Position numbers and translations under genes: made by a program
Source: Acidimicrobiia bacterium
Lineage (GTDB): Bacteria; Actinomycetota; Acidimicrobiia; Spongiisociales; ZC4RG35
Reading direction: 5' to 3'
DNA: 64,000 nt
Assembly: GCA_965203555.1 (NCBI GenBank)
Contig: CBDBCY010000004.1
Span: 1,920,001-1,984,000 of the forward strand
The notes under the pieces: generated by a model
What the model was told of the DNA's origin: nothing
Databases searched by the model: none
What the model saw: the letters and a program-made list of their open reading frames with translations, nothing else
Shown: in pieces, positions 1 to 10,188 of the stretch
How the letters are laid out: every line of letters starts with the position of its first letter
Position numbering within the stretch: position 1 is the stretch's first letter

Positions 1-172
1 CGGTCGCGGCATTCGAACCGGTGTCCGAGTGGACCAGGGAGACCTGATCGGCTACGTCGGCACCACAGGAAATTCCCCGGCGAACGTTCCCCATCTCCAC
101 TTCGAATACCACCCGGGTGGCGGAAGGGCCGTCAACCCCTACGAACTGGCCGTGGCAGCCTGCGACCTGTGA
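1..172 (+). CDS. M23 family metallopeptidase, C-terminal part (truncated by window edge)
   Basis: Frame from nt 2 reads [47 protein letters not shown]...stop at 170-172; GxxIGxVGxTGNS..PHLHFE is the M23 signature. Confidence 0.85.
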   Translation, partial: GRGIRTGVRVDQGDLIGYVGTTGNSPANVPHLHFEYHPGGGRAVNPYELAVAACDL

Positions 173-330
173 TTACCCCATCCTCACTCGAGGCCAAAAG
201 CGCCACGATGTGGGTTTTACAACCATCACAGTTGGCAACGCCGCCTACTACTCGGACACTGTAACTGTCACCAGGACCGGCGATCCCTGCCAGACATGCG
301 AGGTCCCCTGCCTCTCAGAACCTGGGAGGA

Positions 331-807
331 TCAGTCGTCGGAGAGGGCGAGCACCAGAGTCAGATGGTTGGCGCCATTCTCCCGGCGGTAGCGCATCTCC
401 CGGACCATGGAGCGCACCAGATGAATACCCAGGCCGCCAATCGCCATATCCATCAGTGATGACGCGTCCTGTCCGGGAGGGGCGGGCGCATCGGTTGGAT
501 CAAACGGCACACCGTTGTCAACGATCTCGAATTCGGCTTCCGTCAGGCGGGAGGTCAATGTCATGACCACTGCTTCGGTGGCGCCGGAATGAGTCATGAC
601 ATTTAGCATCATCTCTTCGAGAACCAGTTGGGCCTGCAGAACGAACTGCATGGACCACCCCACCCTGTCGCCGAATTCTTCAACAGCCTCGAAAACGGCG
701 GGCAACTCATCGGCATCCGCCGGTATATCCACCGAAACAGACGCTTCGCGAAAAGTGTCCGCGCCGCTTTTAGGACCGCTGTGAGAATCCTCGTGGACAG
801 GGCTCAT
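331..807 (-). CDS. Anti-sigma factor serine kinase (RsbW/SpoIIAB-type HATPase)
   Basis: LEEMMLNVMTH N-box, IVDNGVPFDP G1 box, GGLGIHLV G2 box. Confidence 0.85.
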   Translation of the reverse strand: MSPVHEDSHSGPKSGADTFREASVSVDIPADADELPAVFEAVEEFGDRVGWSMQFVLQAQLVLEEMMLNVMTHSGATEAVVMTLTSRLTEAEFEIVDNGVPFDPTDAPAPPGQDASSLMDMAIGGLGIHLVRSMVREMRYRRENGANHLTLVLALSDD

Positions 808-820
808 CTGTTAATTGATG

Positions 821-1987
821 CTAGCCAATCCTTTGAATTGCCAGGCAGGTGATATCGTCGAACTGGGCAGCCGGTCCCATATATTCCCTGGTAGCGGCGA
901 AAATCTCCCGAATGTTCTCTTCCACGGTCTCGGCGGCGGAAGTCTCCAACAGGGCATTTCTCAGTCCCTCAACCCCGAACAACTCCCCCTCTTCGGTTTG
1001 GGCCTCGGTGATCCCGTCGGTGTAGAGAACCACCCTGTCGCCTGGTTCCAGGATGACCTTCCGCTCCTGGTACTCAAAGCCCGGTTGGACACCCAGAGCG
1101 ATACCTTCCGTCAAAGGCAGCAGGGTGGTCTGACCGTCCTGCCCCACCAGCAACGGAGCATCATGGCCGCCGCTTGCGTAGGTGAAAGAACCGACTTCAG
1201 GGTCGTACACGGCGTACAGGACCGTGACAAACTGGGTGGTTTCGTTCTCCTCACACAGAAGGTCGTTCACTTCTTCCAGCACCTCTCCGGGTTTGAGAAG
1301 GCCGATAGCCACCCCTTTCATCAGAGTGCGGCAGGTCATCATGAACATAGCTGCCGGGATGCCCTTGCCGGAGACATCTGCCATCACAAGACCTATCCGA
1401 CCCCGGTCCAAAGTGATGATGTCGTAAAAGTCGCCCCCCACATCCTGGGCGGGTTCCATGTTTCCGTACATCTGGTAATGGGACGTGATGGGAAAGTCGG
1501 ACGGGAGAATCGATCTTTGGATCCGGCTGGCCACTTCCAGTTCGTTCTGAATGGATACCAGTTTGTCGCGGTAGGAGAGCGCTTCCTTCCACTGCCTGGT
1601 GTGTGCCAGCGTTCGCTCGATGGTGATCTGCAGGTCCTTGAAGTCCACCGGTTTGGTCACAAAGTCGAAAGCGCCCCGGTTCATGGCTGTCCGGATGTTC
1701 TTCATGTCCCCGTAGGCGGAGACGACCACAGCCCGGACGTTGGGGTTGATCTCCGGTATCTGCTCCAGCATCGCCAGTCCGTCCATCTCGGGCATATTTA
1801 TGTCGGACAGCACTATGTCAATGCCAGGGTCCTCTTCCAGTCTGCTCAGAGCGTCTGCCCCGTTGCGGGCGAAGAGAAAATGGTACGTGCCCCTTCTGAT
1901 GTGCCGTCGCATCCTTTGGAGCATGAGAGGCTCCAGATCCGGTTCATCGTCTACCACCAGGATCTTTGAAGAGGTAACAGGTCTCAT
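821..1987 (-). CDS. Response-regulator receiver fused to PP2C/SpoIIE phosphatase (RsbU-like)
   Basis: ILVVDDE, SDINMPEMDG, FVTKP receiver motifs; VGGDFYD, DVSGKG, YTDGITE, DDIT phosphatase motifs. Confidence 0.92.
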   Translation of the reverse strand: MRPVTSSKILVVDDEPDLEPLMLQRMRRHIRRGTYHFLFARNGADALSRLEEDPGIDIVLSDINMPEMDGLAMLEQIPEINPNVRAVVVSAYGDMKNIRTAMNRGAFDFVTKPVDFKDLQITIERTLAHTRQWKEALSYRDKLVSIQNELEVASRIQRSILPSDFPITSHYQMYGNMEPAQDVGGDFYDIITLDRGRIGLVMADVSGKGIPAAMFMMTCRTLMKGVAIGLLKPGEVLEEVNDLLCEENETTQFVTVLYAVYDPEVGSFTYASGGHDAPLLVGQDGQTTLLPLTEGIALGVQPGFEYQERKVILEPGDRVVLYTDGITEAQTEEGELFGVEGLRNALLETSAAETVEENIREIFAATREYMGPAAQFDDITCLAIQRIG

Positions 1988-2045
1988 AAGCTAACACCAG
2001 GAGAATCGGATATGTGGCCCACCCTTCAGGTTAACAGAAATGTTT

Positions 2046-3236
2046 CTAAGGAGCGGCAGAAATCAACAGGTCCTGGTCCATTCCCGCCTGGGCAAGGCCT
2101 TCCAGCAGCTTGGCCAGGCGTCCCGTGCAGGTTTCATCCTGGGCGGGGGGCACCAACTGCACCAGCAGTGCGGCGATCTCCGCGAAAGCCAGGCCAGCAC
2201 CGGTGGGTGGGACTCTTGCGGCAACCGGCTGGCCGCGGTCTCCCCCCTCAACCACCCTGATGTCGAAAGGGACCCGGCCCAACAGCGGGGTTCCGATGCT
2301 GTCAGCCAACTCCTGTCCTCCGCCCTGTCCGAACAGGTGGTGAACCGTTTCATGCCCGCAGTCGAAACCTGACATGTTCTCGATCACCCCCACGATTGGC
2401 ATATGGGACCGACGGGCCATGTCGGCAATACGGGCCGCCACCTTCTGGGACGCCCGCTGCGGAGTGGTGACCACCGCCATCTCCGCTTGGGGAAGCATCC
2501 GGGACAGGGCCATCTGGATGTCCCCCGTTCCGGGTGGCATGTCTATCACCAGATAATCCAAGTCTCCCCAGTCGACCTGTTTGAGAAACTGCTCCAGGGC
2601 CTTGGCAAGCATCAGACCCCTCCACATGAGAGCTGTTTCCTCGGAGTCGATGATGAGTCCGGTGGACACCACCTTCAATCCATGCGCTTCCGCCGGGATG
2701 ATCAGCCGGGTTTCATCGTCCGCTTCAATCCTGGTGGTAATGCCCAACAGCCGGGGAATGGAGAATCCCCAGATGTCGGCGTCCATGAGTCCCACCGTGA
2801 AACCCAGGTTCCGGACGGCAATGGCCAGGTTGACGCTCACGGAGGACTTGCCCACACCCCCCTTGCCGGAACTGACCGCCACTACCCGAGTAGTAGGCGA
2901 GACCTGGGTGGGCTCGGCCCGGTCCCGGGCCTTCTCCCTGGCCCTGGACATCAGATCGGCCCGTTGCCGTTTGGTCATGGCGGTGGTATGGATCAACACA
3001 TCTTCCACTCCGGGCAGGGACAGCGCCCTGCGCCGGGTATCGCCTTCAATCTGGTTGCGCAACGGACACTCGGCAATGGTCAGCGCCAAGCCGATGGTGA
3101 CAACTCCGTTCCGGGACACGTCCACCGACGAAATCATCCCCAAATCGACCACGTTGTCACCGAGTTCGGGGTCGATCACTCCCCGCAGAGCTGCCCACAC
3201 CTGCTCGGAGGTCGGCGCACTTGAACTGTTATACAC
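2046..3236 (-). CDS. mrp: Mrp/NBP35 (ApbC) Fe-S carrier ATPase with N-terminal DUF59 domain
   Basis: VIDPELGDNVVDLGMI (DUF59), SGKGGVGKS, DMPPGTGD, GVIENMS; GTG start at 3236 chosen from RBS-like GGAGAG (ORF extends to 3308). Confidence 0.9.
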   Translation of the reverse strand: MYNSSSAPTSEQVWAALRGVIDPELGDNVVDLGMISSVDVSRNGVVTIGLALTIAECPLRNQIEGDTRRRALSLPGVEDVLIHTTAMTKRQRADLMSRAREKARDRAEPTQVSPTTRVVAVSSGKGGVGKSSVSVNLAIAVRNLGFTVGLMDADIWGFSIPRLLGITTRIEADDETRLIIPAEAHGLKVVSTGLIIDSEETALMWRGLMLAKALEQFLKQVDWGDLDYLVIDMPPGTGDIQMALSRMLPQAEMAVVTTPQRASQKVAARIADMARRSHMPIVGVIENMSGFDCGHETVHHLFGQGGGQELADSIGTPLLGRVPFDIRVVEGGDRGQPVAARVPPTGAGLAFAEIAALLVQLVPPAQDETCTGRLAKLLEGLAQAGMDQDLLISAAP

Positions 3237-3347
3237 GGACCGTTCTCTCCCTGACCTTGCAAGTAATAGATAGTAGATGCCCCTGCGGAGAATAGGCTGG
3301 CTGGACACTTAATCCTCTTTACATTTTGTTCAAAGTTCGCTACACTC

Positions 3348-4649
3348 TTGGTGGTGGCAATGACCGCTCTCGACCAGATGGCGCCAGAGATCCCGCCGCT
3401 TCTGGGAGATTCGGGGATGTACCGGGAAGCCGTAAACCAATTCGACCGGGTTGCGGCCTACATGGATCTGGACCCCAATGTCTCCGAGCGTCTCCGTCTC
3501 CCGCAGCGATCCTTGGTGACCACGTTTCCGTTCCGAAGGGATGACGGCCGCGTCGAGACAGTGTTCGGCTATCGCGTCAAGCACGTACTCACTATGGGCC
3601 CGACCAAGGGCGGGATTCGCTATGCCCCAAGCGTGAACTTGGGAGAGGTTGCCGCTTTGGCCATGAACATGACTTGGAAGTGCGCCTTGGTGGGACTTCC
3701 GTACGGAGGCGCCAAGGGTGGCGTCAGGGTGGCGCCGGAAACGCTGAGCAGCCGTGAGACTCAACGCTTGACTCGCCGTTACACGTCCGAAATCTTTACC
3801 TTTATCGGGCCGCAGAGTGACATTCCGGCACCCGACCTGGGCACCGATGCACAGGTGATGGCCTGGATCATGGATACCTACAGCCACCACGTCGGCCATG
3901 GCGCCCCGGGAGTCGTGACCGGCAAGCCGGTCGAGTTGGGCGGCACCGTGGTGCGCCAGGAGTCCACCGGCCTGGGATTGGCCTATCTGTTGCCCATGGC
4001 CCTTGATATGGTCGATTTGCCGTTGGAGGGGACCCGGGTAGCGATCCAGGGCTACGGTCAGGTCGGAAGCAGCGTCGCCCGGGCCGTAAGCCGGCTGGGC
4101 GCCCGGGTGGTGGCGGTGAGTGACCTTTCCGGGGGCACACACTGCCCCGACGGCATCGATGTCCGAGCCCTTGAACGGTGGACAGATCGAAACATCTGGG
4201 TGAACGGCTTTCCCGGAGGGGACTCCATCAGCGGAGATCAGCTATTCGAGGTCGATTGCGAGGTTCTTGTCCCGGCTGCCGTCCAAGAGGTCATCCACGC
4301 CGGCAACGCCCACGCCATCACCGCTTCAGTGGTGCTTGAAGGGGCTAACGCTCCCACCACCATGGAAGCCGATCGCATCCTGAGGAACAGGGGCGTCCTG
4401 GTGGTTCCCGACATCCTGGCAAACGCCGGCGGGGTGACGGTCTCCTATTTCGAATGGCTGCAGGGTTTGCAGTACTACATCTGGACCAACGACGAGACTC
4501 GCCAGCGCCTGCAGCAGATCATGACCACCGCCTTCAAGGAAATCCACAAGCTCTCGGTCCAAGAGAAAGTGGACCTGAGAACGGCGGCGCTTATCAAAGG
4601 TGTGGCTCGGGTAACCAACGCGAAACTGCTGAGAGGGCTGTTCCCGTGA
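3348..4649 (+). CDS. gdhA: Glu/Leu/Phe/Val dehydrogenase (glutamate dehydrogenase)
   Basis: GPTKGGIRY, LPYGGAKGG, DIPAPD, VTGKP, EGANAP, PDILANAGGVTVSYFEW. Confidence 0.92.
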   Translation: MVVAMTALDQMAPEIPPLLGDSGMYREAVNQFDRVAAYMDLDPNVSERLRLPQRSLVTTFPFRRDDGRVETVFGYRVKHVLTMGPTKGGIRYAPSVNLGEVAALAMNMTWKCALVGLPYGGAKGGVRVAPETLSSRETQRLTRRYTSEIFTFIGPQSDIPAPDLGTDAQVMAWIMDTYSHHVGHGAPGVVTGKPVELGGTVVRQESTGLGLAYLLPMALDMVDLPLEGTRVAIQGYGQVGSSVARAVSRLGARVVAVSDLSGGTHCPDGIDVRALERWTDRNIWVNGFPGGDSISGDQLFEVDCEVLVPAAVQEVIHAGNAHAITASVVLEGANAPTTMEADRILRNRGVLVVPDILANAGGVTVSYFEWLQGLQYYIWTNDETRQRLQQIMTTAFKEIHKLSVQEKVDLRTAALIKGVARVTNAKLLRGLFP

Positions 4650-4732
4650 TCCCCCTATGCCCTCCCGTGCTTTCGCTCTATACTTACAAACTGGCTTTGT
4701 AATAATCTAAGTAGGCGAATCGAGTCTTCAAA

Positions 4733-5092
4733 ATGCAGTTGCTAACCATCAAAAGTTCAGTTCCCAGCAAGCCGATCGAGCTCACCGACTCTGCCGTCAC
4801 CAAGGTCAAGTCCCTGCTGGCCTCGGAAGGAGACGACGATCTCGGGCTACGGGTGGCGGTGAGACCGGGTGGATGTTCCGGTTTCTCCTACGAAATGTTC
4901 TTCGACGCCGATGTCGAGGACGAGGACGAGGTAATAGAATTCAACGGTCTGCGGGTGCTGGTGGACCAGCAAAGCGTGAAACGGATCACCGGAGCGGTGC
5001 TGGACTACAAGGAAGGTCTGATGGAAGCCGGGTTTTCCATCGACAATCCCAACGTCTCCCGTTCCTGCGGGTGCGGGAACAGCTTCGCTTAG
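4733..5092 (+). CDS. erpA: A-type Fe-S cluster carrier (HesB/IscA/ErpA)
   Basis: GGCSGFSY and CGCGNSF motifs. Confidence 0.92.
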   Translation: MQLLTIKSSVPSKPIELTDSAVTKVKSLLASEGDDDLGLRVAVRPGGCSGFSYEMFFDADVEDEDEVIEFNGLRVLVDQQSVKRITGAVLDYKEGLMEAGFSIDNPNVSRSCGCGNSFA

Positions 5093-5105
5093 GCCTGCGC
5101 TCCTT

Positions 5106-5486
5106 ATGCCGAAGCTGGCGCCCAAGCTGGAGGGAGCGCCTCCCCCGCTGGCACCCTATTCGGTGGTCACCGAGGCCCAGGGTTTGGTTTTCGTCTCGGG
5201 ACAGGTCGCCATCGATCCCAAGACCGGGGAGACTCCCGATGAGGTGACCGATCAAACCGATCTCATCCTGCGCAACATCGGAAGCATCCTCGCAGAACTC
5301 GGCCTTTCCTATTCGGACATTGTCAAGACCACCGTGTTCCTGAGCGACATCCGGGATTTCGGGGCTGTGAACGTCGTCTACGGCGGCTTCTTCGACGACG
5401 AACCCCCCGCCCGCTCCGCGGTTGGGGTGGCGGACCTGCCCCTTCCCAGATTCAAGATCGAGATCGAGGCGATCGCCGCCCGCTGA
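5106..5486 (+). CDS. ridA: RidA/YjgF enamine deaminase
   Basis: PYS, VSGQ, KTTVFL, PARSAV, IEIEAIA. Confidence 0.9.
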   Translation: MPKLAPKLEGAPPPLAPYSVVTEAQGLVFVSGQVAIDPKTGETPDEVTDQTDLILRNIGSILAELGLSYSDIVKTTVFLSDIRDFGAVNVVYGGFFDDEPPARSAVGVADLPLPRFKIEIEAIAAR

Positions 5487-5495
5487 CGCCCTCGC

Positions 5496-6707
5496 TCAGA
5501 AGACTTCCTGGCACCAGGGCTGGGGGTGCCAGTCGAACATGGCGTCAGCCAATGCACAGGCCGCCGGCGCGCCGTCCACCCGGCCCAGCGCTCTCAGGCG
5601 GCGGAACCTCGGTCTGCCCAGGAATCCAGCTCCCAGATCCTCCATGTCCAACATCAAATCGGATGTCTCCGAAGTCGCCTTGCAAGTTCCCACCCCTTCC
5701 GAAACTTCCAGGCGATATCGAGAAGCAGTCCGGTCGATGGGGTCGAAGACCTCCAGCACCAGGTAACCGTCAGCCGAATAGCGCCGTGCCGAGAGACCGG
5801 CTTCCACGTCCAGGATCCTCACCCACAGCCCGTCGCTGAGCGTCTGCGACTCTCGGAAGTTGGCATACAGGTGGTGCAAGGCCGTTTCGGCGGGGACGTT
5901 CCATGCCCGCAACTGGCGAATCAGGTCCTGGTTGAGCAAATAGCTCCACAAGCCCGAATATGCCGCCGGCGTGAGCGCGATCATCTCCTCCAGCCCCACG
6001 GTTATGCCGATGCCGATCCCTTCCCAGGAACCTTGAGTGCGATATTGAACATATCCGATAGCTTCACCGTTCGGATCGAGCGCCAATGCGTACCGGTAGG
6101 AACTGGCGTCTTTACGGTGCCTGGGATAGTCGGAGAATATGTCCAACTCCCACCAATCCGGTGATCGGGCAAACATCCCGGGCACCTGCAGGCGTTTGCG
6201 TTCAAAAATCGGCGGCAGGGCATCTGCGGCTTCATCGGGTTCGATCAGGACCACTGGCGCCGGAGCGGGAGCGAGTCGGTGAGGAAGCAGGGGAAACCGA
6301 TCGATCACCGTATGGGTGGTCACCGCGGCCACGCCGTATCCGAACCGACCGTACAAGGGAACCTCCGACGACCACAGCGCAGCCAGCACATCCCCCCGCA
6401 ACCGGGCGTCGGCCAGCAATTCGGTCATCATCTTGCGCATGAGGCCCCGCCGCCGATGGCTCGGCAATACGGTCACGTTACTTATCCCCGCAGTGGCCGC
6501 CGAACCACCGGGAACGGTCAGATCCAAGCTGTAGGCCCCCGCCGATCCCACCAGCCGCTTCCCGTCAAAGGCCCCCCGGTTCCTGTCGAATTCCAAGAGC
6601 CTGCGGTCTCTTTCCTCCTCGACAGGATCAGGATCCTGCCCGAATGCCATTGCCACGGTTCTTCGCAGAGCCGCCAATTCCTCGGGAACGATGTCCCGGA
6701 TTTCCAC
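5496..6707 (-). CDS. eis: Eis-family GNAT acetyltransferase
   Basis: VTVLPSHRRRGLMRKM, LWSSEVPLYGRFGYG, LWVRILDV, C-terminal CQEVF; AGGAG RBS before GTG at 6707. Confidence 0.85.
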   Translation of the reverse strand: MEIRDIVPEELAALRRTVAMAFGQDPDPVEEERDRRLLEFDRNRGAFDGKRLVGSAGAYSLDLTVPGGSAATAGISNVTVLPSHRRRGLMRKMMTELLADARLRGDVLAALWSSEVPLYGRFGYGVAAVTTHTVIDRFPLLPHRLAPAPAPVVLIEPDEAADALPPIFERKRLQVPGMFARSPDWWELDIFSDYPRHRKDASSYRYALALDPNGEAIGYVQYRTQGSWEGIGIGITVGLEEMIALTPAAYSGLWSYLLNQDLIRQLRAWNVPAETALHHLYANFRESQTLSDGLWVRILDVEAGLSARRYSADGYLVLEVFDPIDRTASRYRLEVSEGVGTCKATSETSDLMLDMEDLGAGFLGRPRFRRLRALGRVDGAPAACALADAMFDWHPQPWCQEVF

Positions 6708-6723
6708 GCTCACTCCTTGGGCG

Positions 6724-7365
6724 TCAGGCGCCGATCGTGGTCTTGGCCCGTTGCACGGCTGAAACGAATGCCGAAGCCGCAGCGTCAAAGTCGGCTGCCG
6801 CGCCCCTCCGAGTCTCTCCGGTATCGGAACTCCGTAGTCCTTCGACGATGGTGGTGGCGGCCACCGCCGCCCGGGTGGAGGAGGCCAGCATATCCTGGTG
6901 GGAGGACGCCAGCGTCGATGGCGCGTTCAATTGGACCACGTTGTCCTGCCACACGATTACGTCTTCCATCACCCTGACCAGTCGTTCTTCTGCCTCGGCA
7001 AAGCCGATGCTCCTCTCGTCCCAGGCGCCGTTCACCTCCCTGACCTCCGAAGCCATGGAGGCGAGCTGTTCTCCAAGGGCTTCGATAGAGGCAAGATATG
7101 AGATAATGGCAGCCGGGAGGGTGGTCGTGGTGGTGGATGTCTCCCCGCCGGCGTCGTCTTCTTCGGAGTCCTCCCCTTCCTCATCGGCAGAAGTGTCCTC
7201 CGTGGAGTCACCCGCCGTGGTGGGGGTGGCAATCGTGGTAACTGGCCTTGGTTCCACTTCAGCCTCGGGCAAAGTCCTCACGAACATGAAGGTAAAGGCA
7301 AACATCGCCAGAACAGCCAGCGGGAGAAGCCATCGGCCGGGCTTGGGATCGGGGTTGACCACCAT
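6724..7365 (-). CDS. Membrane-anchored hypothetical protein (TM helix, acidic/Thr linker, helical domain)
   Basis: N-terminal hydrophobic segment WLLPLAVLAMFAFTFMFV; fills gap between neighbours. Confidence 0.7.
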   Translation of the reverse strand: MVVNPDPKPGRWLLPLAVLAMFAFTFMFVRTLPEAEVEPRPVTTIATPTTAGDSTEDTSADEEGEDSEEDDAGGETSTTTTTLPAAIISYLASIEALGEQLASMASEVREVNGAWDERSIGFAEAEERLVRVMEDVIVWQDNVVQLNAPSTLASSHQDMLASSTRAAVAATTIVEGLRSSDTGETRRGAAADFDAAASAFVSAVQRAKTTIGA

Positions 7366-7497
7366 CTCCCAAACAGCATAGTTGAGATGGGCCCTTCATT
7401 GGCAACCATCCGGTCAAAGGCCGCGACCCAGTTCTTTCTTTCGCGTACCCGGCGATCAACCCTTGACATCGGACCCACATCTCCTCCACACTGCGGG

Positions 7498-8424
7498 ATG
7501 AAAGACTCAAAACAATCCGACCCGGAAGTATTCGAATCCATACCCTGGGAGGAACTGCGGGATCTGGGAGACACTTCCCGGCGGCGCCGGACCTGGTATC
7601 TGATAGCGGGTGCGGCGGTGGTGGCGGTGCTCATTTTCAGCGTTGCCCGCACGTTCTCGGCGCCAGATCCTCAAATAGCGGCGGCTACCACCACAACTCC
7701 TCCCGTTACGGCGGAACTGCCTCCTCTCCAATCCGAAGAGTCGCTGCAAGAAATTCTCCCGCCCGATCCCTTGGTCGGCGAGCCTGCAGTAGTGACCGAG
7801 GCCGACCTGAGGGCGGGTGGAGACATCCGGTGGGAAGAGGACAGCCTTCTGAAATGGCAGGCGGCAGCCTACTCGGAGTGGTTCGTGCTGGATTTCTTTA
7901 CCCTGGACGGGTCCGACCGCCGCGCCGGTCTACAAAGGTGGTTGAACACCGCCGACTTCGGCGAGCAGTCTGACGCTCTCTCCTATGTCGAATGGGTGAG
8001 AACTCTCCAGGTTGAGCCTTTGGGCGACGGCAGATGGAGGGCTGTGGTGGCCCTGCGGCGGCTGGTCTCCACTGACGGCGTGGGTTACAGCCGCCTCTCA
8101 ACCCAAGCGGTTGAGGTGGTTGTGGACATGGCGCCCGGAACCCCGACCATCGTTGACGTGCCTCGCTTCGTTCCCCTGCCGGAAACGGCTGCCGGACAGT
8201 GGTGGATGGGAGAGCCGCGGCAAACGCCCCCCGCGGCGGTGATCAGGGCGGCCCGGGATGAGATGATTCTGAGCGAAGCCGGGACCATAGGGGGAGAACC
8301 GGTAGTCACCCGCACCGGGGATGCGTGGCGGGTGGAATGGGCGGTGGTCGATCCGGCCGGGATAGCCTGGCCGGTCAGCCTCTGGATCGGACCGGAAGGG
8401 ACTGCAGTGCCGGCGGGTGGCTAG
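7498..8424 (+). CDS. Bitopic membrane protein, possibly TcpC/VirB8-like
   Basis: Basic patch RRRR then TM helix, Pro/Thr linker, alpha/beta domain ending IVDVPRFVPLP; family call tentative. Confidence 0.6.
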   Translation: MKDSKQSDPEVFESIPWEELRDLGDTSRRRRTWYLIAGAAVVAVLIFSVARTFSAPDPQIAAATTTTPPVTAELPPLQSEESLQEILPPDPLVGEPAVVTEADLRAGGDIRWEEDSLLKWQAAAYSEWFVLDFFTLDGSDRRAGLQRWLNTADFGEQSDALSYVEWVRTLQVEPLGDGRWRAVVALRRLVSTDGVGYSRLSTQAVEVVVDMAPGTPTIVDVPRFVPLPETAAGQWWMGEPRQTPPAAVIRAARDEMILSEAGTIGGEPVVTRTGDAWRVEWAVVDPAGIAWPVSLWIGPEGTAVPAGG

Positions 8425-8681
8425 TCCTTCCCGAAGTACCCCTCCAAGGCGGCGATCACAGTCGGCTGAATCGCTGCCCACTCCCAAGCCGGGTCCTTGC
8501 TGACCGTGACAAAGTCAGCAGTCCAGAACACCGAGATCACCCCCTCCGTCGCCAGGATGGCCACTGCCAGCGGGTGGTCGACATCCTGTCCGGCCCGGTA
8601 GGTGACCGGTCCTCCCACGGGTGCCCCGACCGAGAACTTCATGGCATTTGGATTGGGAGTGGACTGAGGTTCTATCGACAC
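8421..8681 (-). CDS. Stand-alone Nfu/NifU N-terminal domain protein
   Basis: TPNPNAMKF, PLA..IL...GV.SVF...DFVTVSK...W. Confidence 0.88.
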   Translation of the reverse strand: MSIEPQSTPNPNAMKFSVGAPVGGPVTYRAGQDVDHPLAVAILATEGVISVFWTADFVTVSKDPAWEWAAIQPTVIAALEGYFGKD

Positions 8682-8742
8682 TGTGAATAATCAACCGTAG
8701 TAAAAGACACTGGGAGGGCGGTTCGTTATTATAGGCTCTCCT

Positions 8743-10188
8743 ATGGCCACTGCTCTGACCGAGACCTCCATCGGGCTTCGCGAGGAACTCGTCCGCGTTC
8801 TGGGGGCCCACCGGGTTATGGACTCGGCATTGGAGCGCCATCTCTACGGCAAGGACGCCGGGATTTCCCGAGGACACCCAACCCTGGTAGTGATGATCGA
8901 AGACGCCGAGGAAGCCGCGGCAGTGGTGAGGGCCGCCCGACGTCATGACGTACCGGTGGTGGCCCGGGGGGCCGGCACCGGACTCTCCGCAGGCGCCGTG
9001 CCCGAGGTGGGGGGGGTGGTGCTGGTGACCACCCGCTTGAATCGCATCGACGACATCGACGTGGAGAACCGCACCGCATGGGTGGGACCGGGGGTGATCA
9101 ATCTCGATCTGTCCGAGGTGACTGCCCCGCACGGATTGCATTTCGCGCCCGACCCCTCGTCCCAGTCGGCCTGCACGATAGGTGGAAATATCGCCTGCAA
9201 TGCCGGGGGTCCACACTGTCTTTCCGAGGGCACCACCGCCAACCACGTTCTTGCTCTGGAAGTGGTCACAGACGACGGTGAAATCGTAACCGTGGGAGGG
9301 GCGGCGCCCGACCCGATCGGATTGGATTTGCGGGGAATCATGGTGGGCTCCGAGGGAACTTTGGGAATTGTCACCAGAGCCTTGGTGAAGCTGACTCCCA
9401 ACGCCCCGGACGTGCGCACCCTGGCGGTTGCATTCCCCACCATCGAGGATGCGGCCGCCACGGTCTCGGGGATCATCGCCGCCGGTTTGATTCCCGCCGC
9501 ACTGGAGATGATGGACCAATTGATGATGCAGGCCATCGAGAACTGGTTGCATGCCGGACTTCCCGTGGAAGCGGACGCCTTGCTCTTGGCGGAGGTCACG
9601 GGAGTCACAGAAGCCGTGGAGGCGGAGGCGAAAATAGTCACCGGGATCGCACAGGACAACAACGCACTTTCGATACAGGTGGCCATTTCTGCCGAAGAAA
9701 GAGCGATCTTATGGAAGAGCCGCAAATCGGCGTTTGGAGCGGTGGCCCAGGCCGCGCCTGACTATTACCTGCATGACACCGTGGTGCCTCGCACCCGACT
9801 GGTGGAGGCGATGCGAGAAGTCTACGCGATCGGAGAGCGCTACGGGATCACCATGATGAACGTCTTTCATGCCGGGGACGGAAACCTTCATCCCCTCATG
9901 GCCTTCGACGCATCCGAGCCGGGGCTGTTGGAAAAAGTGAAGGCCGCGGCGGATGAGTTGGTGAAGATCTGCGTCGAAAAAGGCGGGGTGCTGTCGGGCG
10001 AGCACGGTATCGGGATCGAGAAACGGCACCTGATGCCGCTGTTGTTCTCGGAGGTGGATCTCGACGCCCAGGCTCGGGTGAAGGAAGTCTTCGACGCCGG
10101 CGGGGTGTTCAACCCCGGCAAGGTGCTTCCTGAGGGGTCCCGTTGTTTTGATTTTGGGAGGCCGGTGCCCGAGGGCGTCTGGGTGTGA
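8743..10188 (+). CDS. glcD: Glycolate oxidase FAD-linked subunit
   Basis: RGAGTGLSAG, FAPDPSS, TIGGNIACNAGG, GSEGTLG, HAGDGNLH, GEHGIG, NPGK. Confidence 0.92.
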   Translation: MATALTETSIGLREELVRVLGAHRVMDSALERHLYGKDAGISRGHPTLVVMIEDAEEAAAVVRAARRHDVPVVARGAGTGLSAGAVPEVGGVVLVTTRLNRIDDIDVENRTAWVGPGVINLDLSEVTAPHGLHFAPDPSSQSACTIGGNIACNAGGPHCLSEGTTANHVLALEVVTDDGEIVTVGGAAPDPIGLDLRGIMVGSEGTLGIVTRALVKLTPNAPDVRTLAVAFPTIEDAAATVSGIIAAGLIPAALEMMDQLMMQAIENWLHAGLPVEADALLLAEVTGVTEAVEAEAKIVTGIAQDNNALSIQVAISAEERAILWKSRKSAFGAVAQAAPDYYLHDTVVPRTRLVEAMREVYAIGERYGITMMNVFHAGDGNLHPLMAFDASEPGLLEKVKAAADELVKICVEKGGVLSGEHGIGIEKRHLMPLLFSEVDLDAQARVKEVFDAGGVFNPGKVLPEGSRCFDFGRPVPEGVWV

